Assembly: GCA_000004985.1 (NCBI GenBank)
Contig: GG738859.1
Direction: 5' to 3' (one strand)
Length of the DNA stretch: 64,000 nt
Source: Naegleria gruberi
Taxonomy: Eukaryota
The notes under the pieces are model-generated. The model saw only the letters and a list, made by a program, of their open reading frames with translations, had not been told where the DNA came from and ran no database searches. Shown one piece after another: positions 9,927-20,273 of the stretch; position 1 is the stretch's first letter, and every line of letters begins with the position of its first letter. The position numbers were made by a program, and so were the translations under genes.

Positions 9927-11312
9927 TTATTCACAAGCAATCTTATTATCAAAGGAAGAAATAGCTATCGAGAAGGCTTGAAGGGCAGTAAGTGGATATT
10001 TAAAGTCAATATTGAATCTATCTTCATCAACCTTACCAAATTGGAGGAAAACCTTGTTTGGATTATTTGGTTCAACAAGTTGGAAGTTTTTGACAGAGGC
10101 CATTGTAACTCTACCATTAAAATTCAAAACATAGGCCTTCAATCTTTCATTCCACACAGGGAATTTGTTCTTGAGAACTTTAAGGTGATGCCAGTCACCA
10201 GTTTTGAATTTAGAAATCAGAGAAGTGCCATTATCAGGGAATTGATATTGTTCTCCATCTTCATTAGCATCTGGAACGACGAGAGTGAATTTTCTTGGTC
10301 CCTTACTTCCAAATAAATTGGTTTCATATACAACTGAGGCCAGATTGGTTCTCAAGTGAGCTCCAGGTTTCAACTTTGATGCCTTTTCACCGTTATCAAA
10401 TAATTGGAATTCAGTTCCCAAAAAGTTACTTCTCAATTTTCCGATAAATGAATCGCTGCTTCTACTAATATCCTCCTTGCTTAGGGAGAGACAATAATTT
10501 GATGATTTGTTTGCTTTTCTCTTCTTACCTGAAAGGAGGAAGGTTGATCCTCGTTCTGCGTACAGATAGTATCTTGGGAATACCTTATTCATCTTGGATG
10601 TATCTCTGAGAATGTAGCATCTTACCCATTCGTTGCGATTTGGGGGAGGTTTACTAACAAAACTCTTAATATCCTTAATATTTAAACCTGCTACACTTTC
10701 AAAATCTTCTTCATTTTCTTGTTCGTTAAGAGTTCTGCCAGAGGCAGATTGTGGTCGTTCTTCTTGGATTTTTGGTGGTTTCATTTGTGGTTCAGATAAT
10801 GGATTAAATGTGTGGGTAATGCCTCTATCTCTCAAGTCTCTCTCGAGTGCAGCAGCACTTGTTGGTCTACTTCCTTGTTGTGATGAAGATCTAATTTGTT
10901 GTTGTTGTGGTTGTGCCTTATAACCCTCATCAACATCATCAATTTCATCTTCAAGGGCACGTCCTCCAAAATTTTCACCAGAACCTGTTGATCCTAATGA
11001 AGAGCTGAGAGAACTTGGCGTATTAATTGATTGTTGTCCTGAAACTGGTCTCGACCCTATCGATGAAGAAGTTGTGGTAGATCCAGAACGATAACCACGA
11101 GAACTGATTGGTCTGGATGATTGAATCATATTCATACCTCTACTACCTTGTTTTGTTGTTCTTTCAGCAGCTTGTCTCATAATATCAAATTTTGCCTTCA
11201 TAACCTTATCTTGAGAGTTGTTGCCTAACACTCCAGGAAGAGCATCATCAAAACTGTCAAGAACATCGGCATCAGTTCTTGGCTTATCGTCTCCAATGTA
11301 AAATAAGGACAT
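9927..11312 (-). CDS. Tubby-like protein (TULP). The tubby C-terminal domain is preceded by a Ser-rich low-complexity N-terminal half.
   Basis: The C-terminal sequence ...FQLVEPNNPNKVFLQFGKVDEDRFNIDFKYPLTALQAFSIAISSFDNKIACE and the internal FLLSGKKRK...NYCLSLSKEDISRSSDSFIGKLRSNFLGTEFQLFDNG match the tubby fold signature. Confidence 0.8.
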   Translation of the reverse strand: MSLFYIGDDKPRTDADVLDSFDDALPGVLGNNSQDKVMKAKFDIMRQAAERTTKQGSRGMNMIQSSRPISSRGYRSGSTTTSSSIGSRPVSGQQSINTPSSLSSSLGSTGSGENFGGRALEDEIDDVDEGYKAQPQQQQIRSSSQQGSRPTSAAALERDLRDRGITHTFNPLSEPQMKPPKIQEERPQSASGRTLNEQENEEDFESVAGLNIKDIKSFVSKPPPNRNEWVRCYILRDTSKMNKVFPRYYLYAERGSTFLLSGKKRKANKSSNYCLSLSKEDISRSSDSFIGKLRSNFLGTEFQLFDNGEKASKLKPGAHLRTNLASVVYETNLFGSKGPRKFTLVVPDANEDGEQYQFPDNGTSLISKFKTGDWHHLKVLKNKFPVWNERLKAYVLNFNGRVTMASVKNFQLVEPNNPNKVFLQFGKVDEDRFNIDFKYPLTALQAFSIAISSFDNKIACE

Positions 11313-11781
11313 TGTACTGTAGTGAGTTGGGAAAACTTATCAAAAATAACGACGGGTCTATTGAGGCAAAAGCGAATATATTTATTCCTCAAGAGCAGCA
11401 AGGAATTAGTTTTTGCGTTTTTTTTGAAAGTATTATTTTTGTATAAAACAACTTGGCGCCTACTTGTAACGTTTTGCATAATCATAGTTCGAGCTGTTAG
11501 TTTGCGCGCCATTTCTTAATTGGAAGTGAGGTCCAATCTTTGTTGCCATTGCATATTCCCTTGCATGTATGAAAGGAAATGAGAGATATTACAATTTTTA
11601 CATTTGTTGATGGATAGTTAAAAGCTTGAGATGTAGTCATGCCAATGAAAAAGAAAGATACTAAGCATTATCAGTTTAGCATCTTTTGTAGTTTGGCAAT
11701 AGATTTTTACAATAATCAACGATGAATAAAGAGGTGAGTATTGGCCAACATCTGTTTAATATTTATTTAATATGTTTGCAG

Positions 11782-12384
11782 TTAATGTTGTTTGAAAAGC
11801 AACTTTCTAACAGCACATTGAGTTGGGCAGGCAGTACATGGACAGGACAATAAATTGGTCAAGAATTGATTTTCATTCTTTGTCTTTTCAAAATCTCTTG
11901 ATCTCTTAATTTGTCTGCTGTACATTTCCAAATGTTCTCTAATGGATTGAGTAACAGCATCAGTGTTGGTGGTGGATTTCAATGACATGGCTTGCAACAA
12001 TGGTTGACTCTTTTCTTCAATAACCTTTGAAACCATATTTCTCAATTCAACATGATGTTGAGCACATTCACTAGTTTTACAAGTCCAATCAACTGAATCA
12101 ACAATGGTGTTCAATGTTTGGATTTCATCTCTTTGGTCAATGGTAGATTGCTCAACGGATGCCAAGAAGGCACAACATGGCAAACAGGCAGTGCATGGAG
12201 GACCAGTTGTCTTGACTTTGGATGGGAGGGTAGTATTGCCATGCATGTGGTTGTACATGAGCTTGACCATTGCAGGAGCGAACAAGACGTTATCATTGCA
12301 CATTGGAGGACCACATGCAGCATTGATTTGTTGACAAGCAAGAATACAAACAACAAGACAGATCAAGGAAAGGATTCTCTTCAT
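11782..12384 (-). CDS. Secreted cysteine-rich hypothetical protein, 200 aa, with an N-terminal signal peptide.
   Basis: MKRILSLICLVVCILACQQINA looks like a signal peptide. The mature part has many Cys residues (CGPPMCNDN, PPCTACLPCCAF, CPCTACPTQC). No recognised domain. Confidence 0.4.
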   Translation of the reverse strand: MKRILSLICLVVCILACQQINAACGPPMCNDNVLFAPAMVKLMYNHMHGNTTLPSKVKTTGPPCTACLPCCAFLASVEQSTIDQRDEIQTLNTIVDSVDWTCKTSECAQHHVELRNMVSKVIEEKSQPLLQAMSLKSTTNTDAVTQSIREHLEMYSRQIKRSRDFEKTKNENQFLTNLLSCPCTACPTQCAVRKLLFKQH

Positions 12385-12645
12385 TTTTTTTCGTTATTTA
12401 TCCTCAGATCCCACGCAGTTTGCCCTTTATTTTTCCACCAATCATGTTGAATCTCCTAGGAGTTTCATTACAAAAATATAATCGAATCATTGAGCTGTGG
12501 CATTTACCAATCTTTTTGACAGGTTACTTTTCGAATTGTTTTTGAAGCTATTACAAAAAAATGTCTTCAAAACAAAAAGGTTTGTCTTTTTCACTTGTGG
12601 CAGCTTGATCATGAAGTAGTAGAATTCTCACTCTCCGAAGATGAA

Positions 12646-13752
12646 ATGGATGAGCATTTAAATGAAAATTCCTCTTTAGAACCTCCATCAAAGAAAGTGA
12701 AATTATCTTCATTTCTATCCGAATTTATGGATAAACTGGAAGAAAATAACATATTGCAACGTAAAATTCTCCAAACTCTGCAAGAAAACAATGAATTACA
12801 ATCTAAAATTCTTAACAAACTAACTGTAAAAAAGGTTTCTTCAATTGCAAAAGCAGCTGATTCGTCTGATTCATCTGAAGAAAAGAAGAAACCAAAAACC
12901 ACAAAAAAACCATCCAAACAATCCGATGATGAATTGTGTATAACATACGAAGGAAGCTCCTCTCAATCCATTTTCGTTAGGAAAGATCTTCTCAAAGGTC
13001 CTGTTTTGAAAGCAGCAGTCTCTGGAAATTTCCTGGAAGAATCCACATTCACACTTCCAAGTGAATCTATCAAACTCTCAAATATTAACAAATCCATGAA
13101 ACAATTGAAGAAATTCTTCCACAATGAAAAACTTGACAAGATTAATGAAGAGGTGAAACGTGACATGATTAGCTTGGCAGATTTCCTCGTGTTGCCAGAG
13201 CTTAAATTGGAGCTGTTGAAAATTCAAATTAATGAAATTCCAAATCTCAAATTTGAAACTCCAAAAAAGAGTAACAAGAAGAAGACATGGATTCCATACA
13301 CTGCAGATACTGAAAAGAAAATTAAAAACTTTGCAGAAGTTCAAAGCAAGATCGAAGAAATTTGCAGATCTCTCACATTTATTTTATCAGAAATTGAAAG
13401 TACTGAAATTCTTCAAGTGTTGGAAAGCTTTAGTGAATTTTTAATGAGTGTTGAAGTGTTGCCAGTGATTAGTGAATATGCATGGAAATACACATTCAAA
13501 GTGAGACCTGTCATATTATTGGAAGGTTGTACCTCATTGGATCATTTGAAGAGATATTTCATTGAGGAGTGGATTGATGACGAAGATTGTGAATTGGACA
13601 TGGATAAAATTAAACTGATTGTGGAATCAATGGAGAATGTTGAATTGCAGAACAAAGTTGAATCCATTATCAATGCTTGTATTAAGGAGAATGATACTGA
13701 AGTATCGAATGATGGCAGTGAAAGTGAGGAATTTGATTATGTCAGTGAATAG
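12646..13752 (+). CDS. Hypothetical acidic protein with coiled-coil and Glu/Asp-rich regions.
   Basis: The ORF is open from 12595 but starts on TTG; the first in-frame ATG is at 12646 (MDEHLNEN). An upstream ATG at 12561 is in another frame and no splice restores the frame. No domain recognised. Confidence 0.4.
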   Translation: MDEHLNENSSLEPPSKKVKLSSFLSEFMDKLEENNILQRKILQTLQENNELQSKILNKLTVKKVSSIAKAADSSDSSEEKKKPKTTKKPSKQSDDELCITYEGSSSQSIFVRKDLLKGPVLKAAVSGNFLEESTFTLPSESIKLSNINKSMKQLKKFFHNEKLDKINEEVKRDMISLADFLVLPELKLELLKIQINEIPNLKFETPKKSNKKKTWIPYTADTEKKIKNFAEVQSKIEEICRSLTFILSEIESTEILQVLESFSEFLMSVEVLPVISEYAWKYTFKVRPVILLEGCTSLDHLKRYFIEEWIDDEDCELDMDKIKLIVESMENVELQNKVESIINACIKENDTEVSNDGSESEEFDYVSE

Positions 13753-14813
13753 TAAACATAACAACCTCCTTTAGTTTTTCATCACACAAAATTTCAATTA
13801 CATATTACTCTGAAGAGCTTCCAGAGTTCAAAAATTGCTCCCCACTCCCGTTAGAGAGTGGTAAGCGGGGTAATTGGGACAGTTTGCAATCAGCAATCAC
13901 GTGTTTCACTTTGACGATCAATAACAACGCGAAGTCCCTGGACAAGAACTGTTTTTTCATAAGAAGAGTTCGAACTGAATATATGAAGCTCATTAATAAT
14001 GAAAAATCAATTGTAAATATTATGGGATGAAAAATGATGCACAAATAAAAATATTTGAACATGTAGCATTGGTAAGGCATTGTGAAGAGCAGATAAACTC
14101 CCTTATGATTGAATCATAATCTTGTGGAATGATGCATCATTCTATGTTTTGTTAACATTTCAATTATTTCCAAGAATATGATAAATCCTTTTTTTCGATG
14201 ATTCCTGACAAATTCACTCAAATAGATAGTTGGACCTTTTATTTGGTTGGAACACAAAATGGTCTAATTGCTTCAAGACTTTAACATGAAATATTGTCAT
14301 CTATGCAACATCTTCCCAATATTCATTATCATTTACAAATAATTTCACTGAACATTAAACTTCGAACATGATTCTCACAAGAAGGAAATTCTTGAATGAG
14401 AAGTAAATTTTCAATAGTTTTTCTGTTTACAATCAACACAGGGCAAAAACAACCATAACGCAACTACCACAAATATCACCCATCAATAGTCATCAAACAA
14501 TTTTTGTCAAAATCGACTATCTTTGAGTCCTTCTTTCCATTCGCAACCAACATTCGAATAAGAGTTGTGAAACAACTTTGCATTCTTTCCTAACCATCAG
14601 AAAAATTGTCAAGATAATTGTTACTCTCACTTGTTGTTCCTTACCCAACAGTTTCGTCTTGAAACAATAATTTAGTAGAATCGAATAATACAAGTTAGAT
14701 CTCTCTTCCATAAAATTTTATCGTCGTCATCATTGACAATAATCTAAAGAAAATTGATAACCCAACTTCCTAAATAATTTTCTCTCAGAAACACACTTTG
14801 TTCTAATAACAAA

Positions 14814-16766
14814 ATGTCATCGGTTGAATCTTCGACATCACCTACATCAAGTACTCCAGGCATCACTTCCACCACATCATCATCAACAACAAACACTACC
14901 AATAATAATAATAATACAAATGGAGTTTATAATTTCTATGGAAATAATCAGAATATTAAAATTCAACACTACTTTAACTATTCAACCATCATGAGGGATA
15001 GGGAGGCCTGTAGTTCATTTCTCGACTATTTGACCAATGTTACTCATTGTGATGAGAATTTACTCTTCCTTCTCCACTTGGATAATATTAAATTTATGAA
15101 AACCGTTCCAATTATGATGGAACAGACACAGGTTGTGATAGATACCTATGTGAAATTGGAATCTAGCAAGGAATTGAATATAACAGATAAGATTAGAAGT
15201 TCTGTGATTCAACAATATGAAGAGTTGAAAAGTTTATTTCCCAATGGTGATTTTAAAAGTAATCATGACATGACACAAGAATTTATCCAAGGAAAAATTC
15301 AACAAATTTTCAATGAATTGGTTGTACAAATCAATTTACAGTTGAAACAAGATAGTTTCGAATCATATCTTTCCTCAGAAGTATTCGAAAAGTTTATTAT
15401 TAAAAAGATACGAGACAAGATGCAACATCAACAAGAAAAGGAAAAACATCAAGAAAAACAGAAAAAGAAACGAGCTTCTTCTCTCTTTCCAGCAAGTCCT
15501 AATACTTTTGATATGGATAATTATAGTTTTAGAGATAGTGATGCAGCTGATGGATATAACATGTATGAAGATGCTGATTCAAGTAGTGGACTTGGAGCCA
15601 ATTTAATGAAACGATTTGTAGGTGGACTATTGAAAGGTGGTGCTGCTCTTCAACAGGCTGTCAATAATCATACAAATTCTTCATCTACTTATAATGTGAG
15701 TGCTAGTGGATCTTTTGATGATGTTTCCTCCACTTCCTCAAATTCATTGACCAATTCAACAGATAATTTGAGTTGTAACAGTGCAGTTACAACTTCAACA
15801 ACAACAACAACTAGCTCTACACCAAATAATAATAACTGTTCAGAGAGTGACGATCAACATGTAGGCAATTTTCACATCAAACATCATCGTATAAAATCCC
15901 TCTCCAATCAACAACCTCAGGAAAATGCCAATGATACAGTTGAAATTATGAAGAATATTATTCAGGACTTGTACAAACAACTCATTCAGAAAGATCAGGA
16001 AATTAAGAAACTTCACGATGCAATCAAACAACATACCCAATTGATGGGACTTGGAGGTGAGAGAAAGTCTAAACCTCTCCCAACAGCTCCAATGTCTCCT
16101 CAACCTGGATCTCATTCTCATCACACCAATACATCGACCCTACTGTCTGAACAATTGACATCCCCTAGAAAAGTTCCAAAACCTCTCCCTTCCACCCACA
16201 GTAGAATGTCCCTCAATGCCGAACAATCAAAGGATATTAAGAATATGAATTTTAATCCAACCAACAATAGCTCCGTAGCCACTCCATCTCACGAACATTC
16301 TAAATCCCTACATCAACTCTACTCGAATCCAAGTTCAAATTCTACTGGCAATACTAGTAATGGAAGATTTGTAACAAGTGCTGCTAAGAATCTTACACTC
16401 TCCACGAGTAGTGCAACTCCACAACAGAACAGTGCAGTAAAGAAGGATGTTTCCACTCCAACAAGTACCAATAATAAGGAAGAAACAAGTGGATCTCCAC
16501 TCATTCGTCGTCAAACAACTCAGACACTCATTGTAGGAAATAAGAAACTTGATAGCTCTGATCCCAATACACCATCATCACCATCAAAAACAAAGAAAGT
16601 TCTCGATATTTCCTCTTCGAGTGAAAATCTCAAAGATGACAGCAAGTTACCAATCACACAAAGATTACAATTCTTTGAAAAACTCAATGCTGCCTCTTCA
16701 CCAACAAATAGTCCACCAAAAGATTCTACTATTAAGAGATTTTCTCAAACTGTATCCAATAAGTAA
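14814..16766 (+). CDS. RGS (regulator of G-protein signalling) domain protein with a long Ser/Thr/Asn-rich tail.
   Basis: RGS-box-like block EACSSFLDYLTNVTHCDENLLFLLHLDNIKFMK...IDTYVKLESSKELNI...EFIQGKIQQIFNELVVQINLQLKQDSFESYLSSEVFEKFI. The remaining ~450 aa are low-complexity. Confidence 0.6.
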   Translation: MSSVESSTSPTSSTPGITSTTSSSTTNTTNNNNNTNGVYNFYGNNQNIKIQHYFNYSTIMRDREACSSFLDYLTNVTHCDENLLFLLHLDNIKFMKTVPIMMEQTQVVIDTYVKLESSKELNITDKIRSSVIQQYEELKSLFPNGDFKSNHDMTQEFIQGKIQQIFNELVVQINLQLKQDSFESYLSSEVFEKFIIKKIRDKMQHQQEKEKHQEKQKKKRASSLFPASPNTFDMDNYSFRDSDAADGYNMYEDADSSSGLGANLMKRFVGGLLKGGAALQQAVNNHTNSSSTYNVSASGSFDDVSSTSSNSLTNSTDNLSCNSAVTTSTTTTTSSTPNNNNCSESDDQHVGNFHIKHHRIKSLSNQQPQENANDTVEIMKNIIQDLYKQLIQKDQEIKKLHDAIKQHTQLMGLGGERKSKPLPTAPMSPQPGSHSHHTNTSTLLSEQLTSPRKVPKPLPSTHSRMSLNAEQSKDIKNMNFNPTNNSSVATPSHEHSKSLHQLYSNPSSNSTGNTSNGRFVTSAAKNLTLSTSSATPQQNSAVKKDVSTPTSTNNKEETSGSPLIRRQTTQTLIVGNKKLDSSDPNTPSSPSKTKKVLDISSSSENLKDDSKLPITQRLQFFEKLNAASSPTNSPPKDSTIKRFSQTVSNK

Positions 16767-17062
16767 TACTACTGAAATAACTTCCAATAACTCATTTATT
16801 ATATCGAGAGAAAGATGCATGCCCTACCATGTATGTCAATTATATTGTAAATAATTGTGTGTGCTTAATAAAACAGGTTCACTCTTCATCAATTGCTTAT
16901 TCATATTCTTCACTACCATTTCATCATTAATAATTTTGCAATCATCAAGTAATTCTCTCGAATAATACCCATCATGTTGACCCTAATTTCTTCCTAAATC
17001 ATGAAGAAAAAACTGAATGAAAACAAAATTTAAAAAAATAAAAATTTGAATTTTAAAAAAAA

Positions 17063-18172
17063 ATGTTGTCCAGAACCTTTCAACACACAAGACGTGTTCG
17101 TCCATCTAAAGTCTTGTCCATTCAACAACGCTCCTACAAGACACACCAATTTGAAAATGACGAACTTAACTTGAGTGAAGAAAACCAACATCAACTCACT
17201 AGAGCTTTGAGAACAATGAGAAACGAGGAGAGAAAACTCTACCAAGAAGCCAAGAAGGTTAAAGATACAACAGAACAATATAAAAACGCTAAAGTTGAAT
17301 TAGATGAAAACGGAAAATTCACCATGGAGTTACCAAAGGAAAAGGGAATTACCTTTGATGAGTATATTCAAGTTGTACAAGAAAAATCATCAGGTTATCC
17401 TTGGGTTCTTGGACCAAAAATCCGTCAAGCACTTCACCACGTCGAACAGGGAGCTGCTGAATCTTATACTCCTCTCCTCAAATATCGTCAAGAAGATTTA
17501 CGTGTTTATCAAGTTGCTAAGAAATTGCATACCATGTGGCAAGAAAGCGACTCGGAAAAGCCAATTACATATGATGATATTGAATTTGCCTTCAACTTGT
17601 ACAAAGTACATTGCGAAAATATGAAAATGATGAAGAGTGAATACTCTCTTGAATATACCAAGTTGATGAAGGTTCTCATTAATATTGTTTTGGTAAACAG
17701 AGAATATTGCAAGGTTGCCAAACAAGTTCTCAATGAATCAACAAAGAAATACAAGAAGGATATTTCATCAATTGAATCGGCAATTGAATCTAAATTGAAG
17801 GAATATGAATCAACTCAAAGTAATCAAGACAAACTTTTAATGCTCAGACTCTCCTCATACACCATTCAATCTATTTCTAAATTAGACTCTGATTTGGATG
17901 CTTATGAAAATATGGTTGTCCAATGTGTGAAATTGATGTATCCAGAAAGATGTATTATCTATGATTTGGACCTTTGTAAAAAACTTCTTTACATTTGCCG
18001 TACTACAACAGCTTCTTCCCTTTTGGAAAAGAGAAAGGAAATTATGGATGTTTCCTCAGTTCACTATGATAGAGAAAAACTCTTCCAACAAGCTATTGTC
18101 ATTTGTAAGGAATCTGAACAAGACTCTAAGATTCTTTCTCATCCATACGAATTGGAAAGACCAATTTTATAA
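17063..18172 (+). CDS. Hypothetical protein, 369 aa, with an N-terminal presequence that looks mitochondrial.
   Basis: MLSRTFQHTRRVRPSKVLSIQQRSYKTH is R/K/S-rich and lacks acidic residues. The rest is helical and Lys/Glu-rich. No domain recognised. Confidence 0.4.
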   Translation: MLSRTFQHTRRVRPSKVLSIQQRSYKTHQFENDELNLSEENQHQLTRALRTMRNEERKLYQEAKKVKDTTEQYKNAKVELDENGKFTMELPKEKGITFDEYIQVVQEKSSGYPWVLGPKIRQALHHVEQGAAESYTPLLKYRQEDLRVYQVAKKLHTMWQESDSEKPITYDDIEFAFNLYKVHCENMKMMKSEYSLEYTKLMKVLINIVLVNREYCKVAKQVLNESTKKYKKDISSIESAIESKLKEYESTQSNQDKLLMLRLSSYTIQSISKLDSDLDAYENMVVQCVKLMYPERCIIYDLDLCKKLLYICRTTTASSLLEKRKEIMDVSSVHYDREKLFQQAIVICKESEQDSKILSHPYELERPIL

Positions 18173-18323
18173 TCGATTCATTTTGGAAAATTAAATTAAT
18201 TTGTTTTATTGAATAATAACAGAGACATTTTTGGTTTACTCTTAGTTTTGTTGTTATCTTAGTTGGTTACTGTACACTATATATAAATTAATCGTTGTTG
18301 GGAGAGGGATGGTGGTTATTGAA

Positions 18324-20145
18324 TTACTCAACCTTATTAATTACAATTTCACCAAATGGTTCGCTTTGGCTTACATCAATGAGACCCTTACTCTTAAGGA
18401 CCAAAGTTTCATAAAAACATCTTGCAGCAGTTTGTCTCTTTTTACCCTTCAACATTTCTGTTAAACTCAAAGAATCTGAATCAGCTTGTTTGAAACCTTC
18501 TTCTAACATGGACAAAACCTTAACAGTTCTATCAGTAACACCAGCGGCTGAAGGAGCACCACGTGCTTGTGAAGGTGTTGAAGCTCTTTCTCTCAATTCT
18601 TGCTCAATTCTATTTCTATCTTCAATGATTTGTTTCTTTTGTTGATCAGTGAGAGGAGTGGCACTCTTCTTTTTCTTAGCTGTGGAAATTAACATATCCT
18701 CAATATCTTCATCAATTAAAATATCGGCAGCAATTGGACTCAATTCTCCTGGACCAAGAGTAGTTCTTCCTCTGATACCAGTTGTTGGTTGTTCGAATGG
18801 TTCTGTTGGAGCAATATCCAAATCAGCATCCAAACCACCAATTTCAGTTGGCATTTCCATAGGTGTAATTCCAGGTGTAACAAAGACAACTCCAGGAGTG
18901 GAAGCAGCTTGTTCTCTCAATTGTTCTCTATCTCTTTCTTCTTCAGTGAGTGGCTTCTTATCCTTTGCATTTACTCTATCAATGGCTGTGGAGAAGAAAT
19001 CAATAAATCCAATTGGAAGATCCATTCCAAATGGTGTTTGTTTCCAAATATCCTTAGAAACACCTCTTTGGGCATGTCTTTCAAATTCTTCTCTTGTTGC
19101 TGGAGCATTTCCTCTTTCTGTAATTAATTCTGCTGGAGTTTTCTTCATTCTCTTTGTATAATAACCTTTAGAATAATTTGCAGGTTCATCAAAGATTAGT
19201 TTACCTGGTTTTCTCTTTCTCTTCTTGGTTGGTTGTTCTTCTTCCTCTTCTTCTTCTCCAACAGTTGGAGTTGATATTACAGGTTCTACAAGACCTGGAG
19301 TGGTAATTAGACCTTGATCAAATCCTGTGAAACCAATGTCACCAACATCAATACCACCTAATTCTCCCATTGGAGAACCTGGAACACCAGGTGTTGTGAC
19401 ATCGAATGGTAGAATATCTTGAATATCAACACCACCTTCGAATACTTTATCGGTACCAATAGTTGTGATACCTCCAGATGTGTGAATACCAGTACCACTT
19501 TGAGCAGCTCTTACACCTTCAATAGAGGTTGGTGTAGTTGTTGTTGGTGTTGTAGCAATCATGTCATCAATTTTTCCTTCCAATGAGGTCTAGAAACAAT
19601 TTCATTTAACATTTAGAAACATTACTCCAATAATACTATTAAAATCACACACTTACTGGTTCGAATGATTCTTCAGTGGTCCAAGCAGCAAAATCTATCA
19701 ATGTAATATCTTTAATATTGCTTTGCCAATTATCTCCAAGTTCCAAAGTGATGGCAGCAGCATTAGGAAGAAGAAGCAAATCCAAATCACTAACTTCAGG
19801 AAGTGTAATTTGATTCTTGGTAGCTGTTGTGTGTTGAGCTGGCATGTTAATATTTTCATCGGTAACATCCTTTGTCTTGGCTTGAAGTTTGATCTTGGTA
19901 AGAGTTTCATTACATTCGGCCAAAACATATTTTACTTTTCTAGAGTAAATCTTGACTACACCCAACAACAAGTGACCATTGGTTCTCAAGGCGATAGGAA
20001 TGGTAGGATCAACAATGCTCTTTACCGATTTTTCCAAATTTAAACCAGCAATAGCTTGCTTGTTCAACTTTTTATCCCAATGCGCGGCCAGCCAAACTTT
20101 TGCTAGAGGACCCTTCTTGGTGAGGATAAATTCAGAGTAGAACAT
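18324..20145 (-). CDS. rad21: Cohesin kleisin subunit Rad21/Scc1. Two exons: complement(join(18324..19589,19657..20145)), with a 67-nt intron at 19590..19656.
   Basis: The N-terminal domain is canonical: MFYSEFILTKKGPLAKVWLAAHWDKKLNKQAI...LRTNGHLLLGVVKIYSRKVKYVL. The C-terminal winged-helix domain is ARCFYETLVLKSKGLIDVSQSEPFGEIVI. Donor CCA|GTAAGT and acceptor TTTCTAG|ACC join ...ESFEP|TSLEGKIDDM in phase 0. Confidence 0.75.
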
Positions 20146-20273
20146 TTTTTTTTAACTTTGAAAGATGAGAAATATATTAGTTTTTGGCGGGAAGTTTATT
20201 TTTGCCAGTGTTTTAATGAATAAAATTTTTTGAATGTGTGGAGAGTTTGTATTTATTTACAGTATTTGCAGTA

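Noticed and set aside
12561-12603. ATG at 12561 as an alternative start for the 12595..13752 gene, through a tiny intron
   Set aside because: The ATG is in a different frame. The only GT...AG pair (12580/12603) gives a 24-nt intron and still runs straight into a stop, so no splice restores the frame. I chose the first in-frame ATG at 12646.
13805-14080. 91-aa minus ORF in the 1-kb spacer between 13753 and 14813
   Set aside because: It is AT-rich and Ile/Phe/Leu-dominated, typical of non-coding AT-rich DNA read in frame. No domain, and no neighbouring exon that could be spliced to it.
18649-19161. 170-aa and 112-aa plus-strand ORFs inside the Rad21 locus
   Set aside because: They lie fully antisense to a well-supported Rad21 exon and are low-complexity (Ser/Ile-rich) with no start context. 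These are shadow ORFs of the coding strand.
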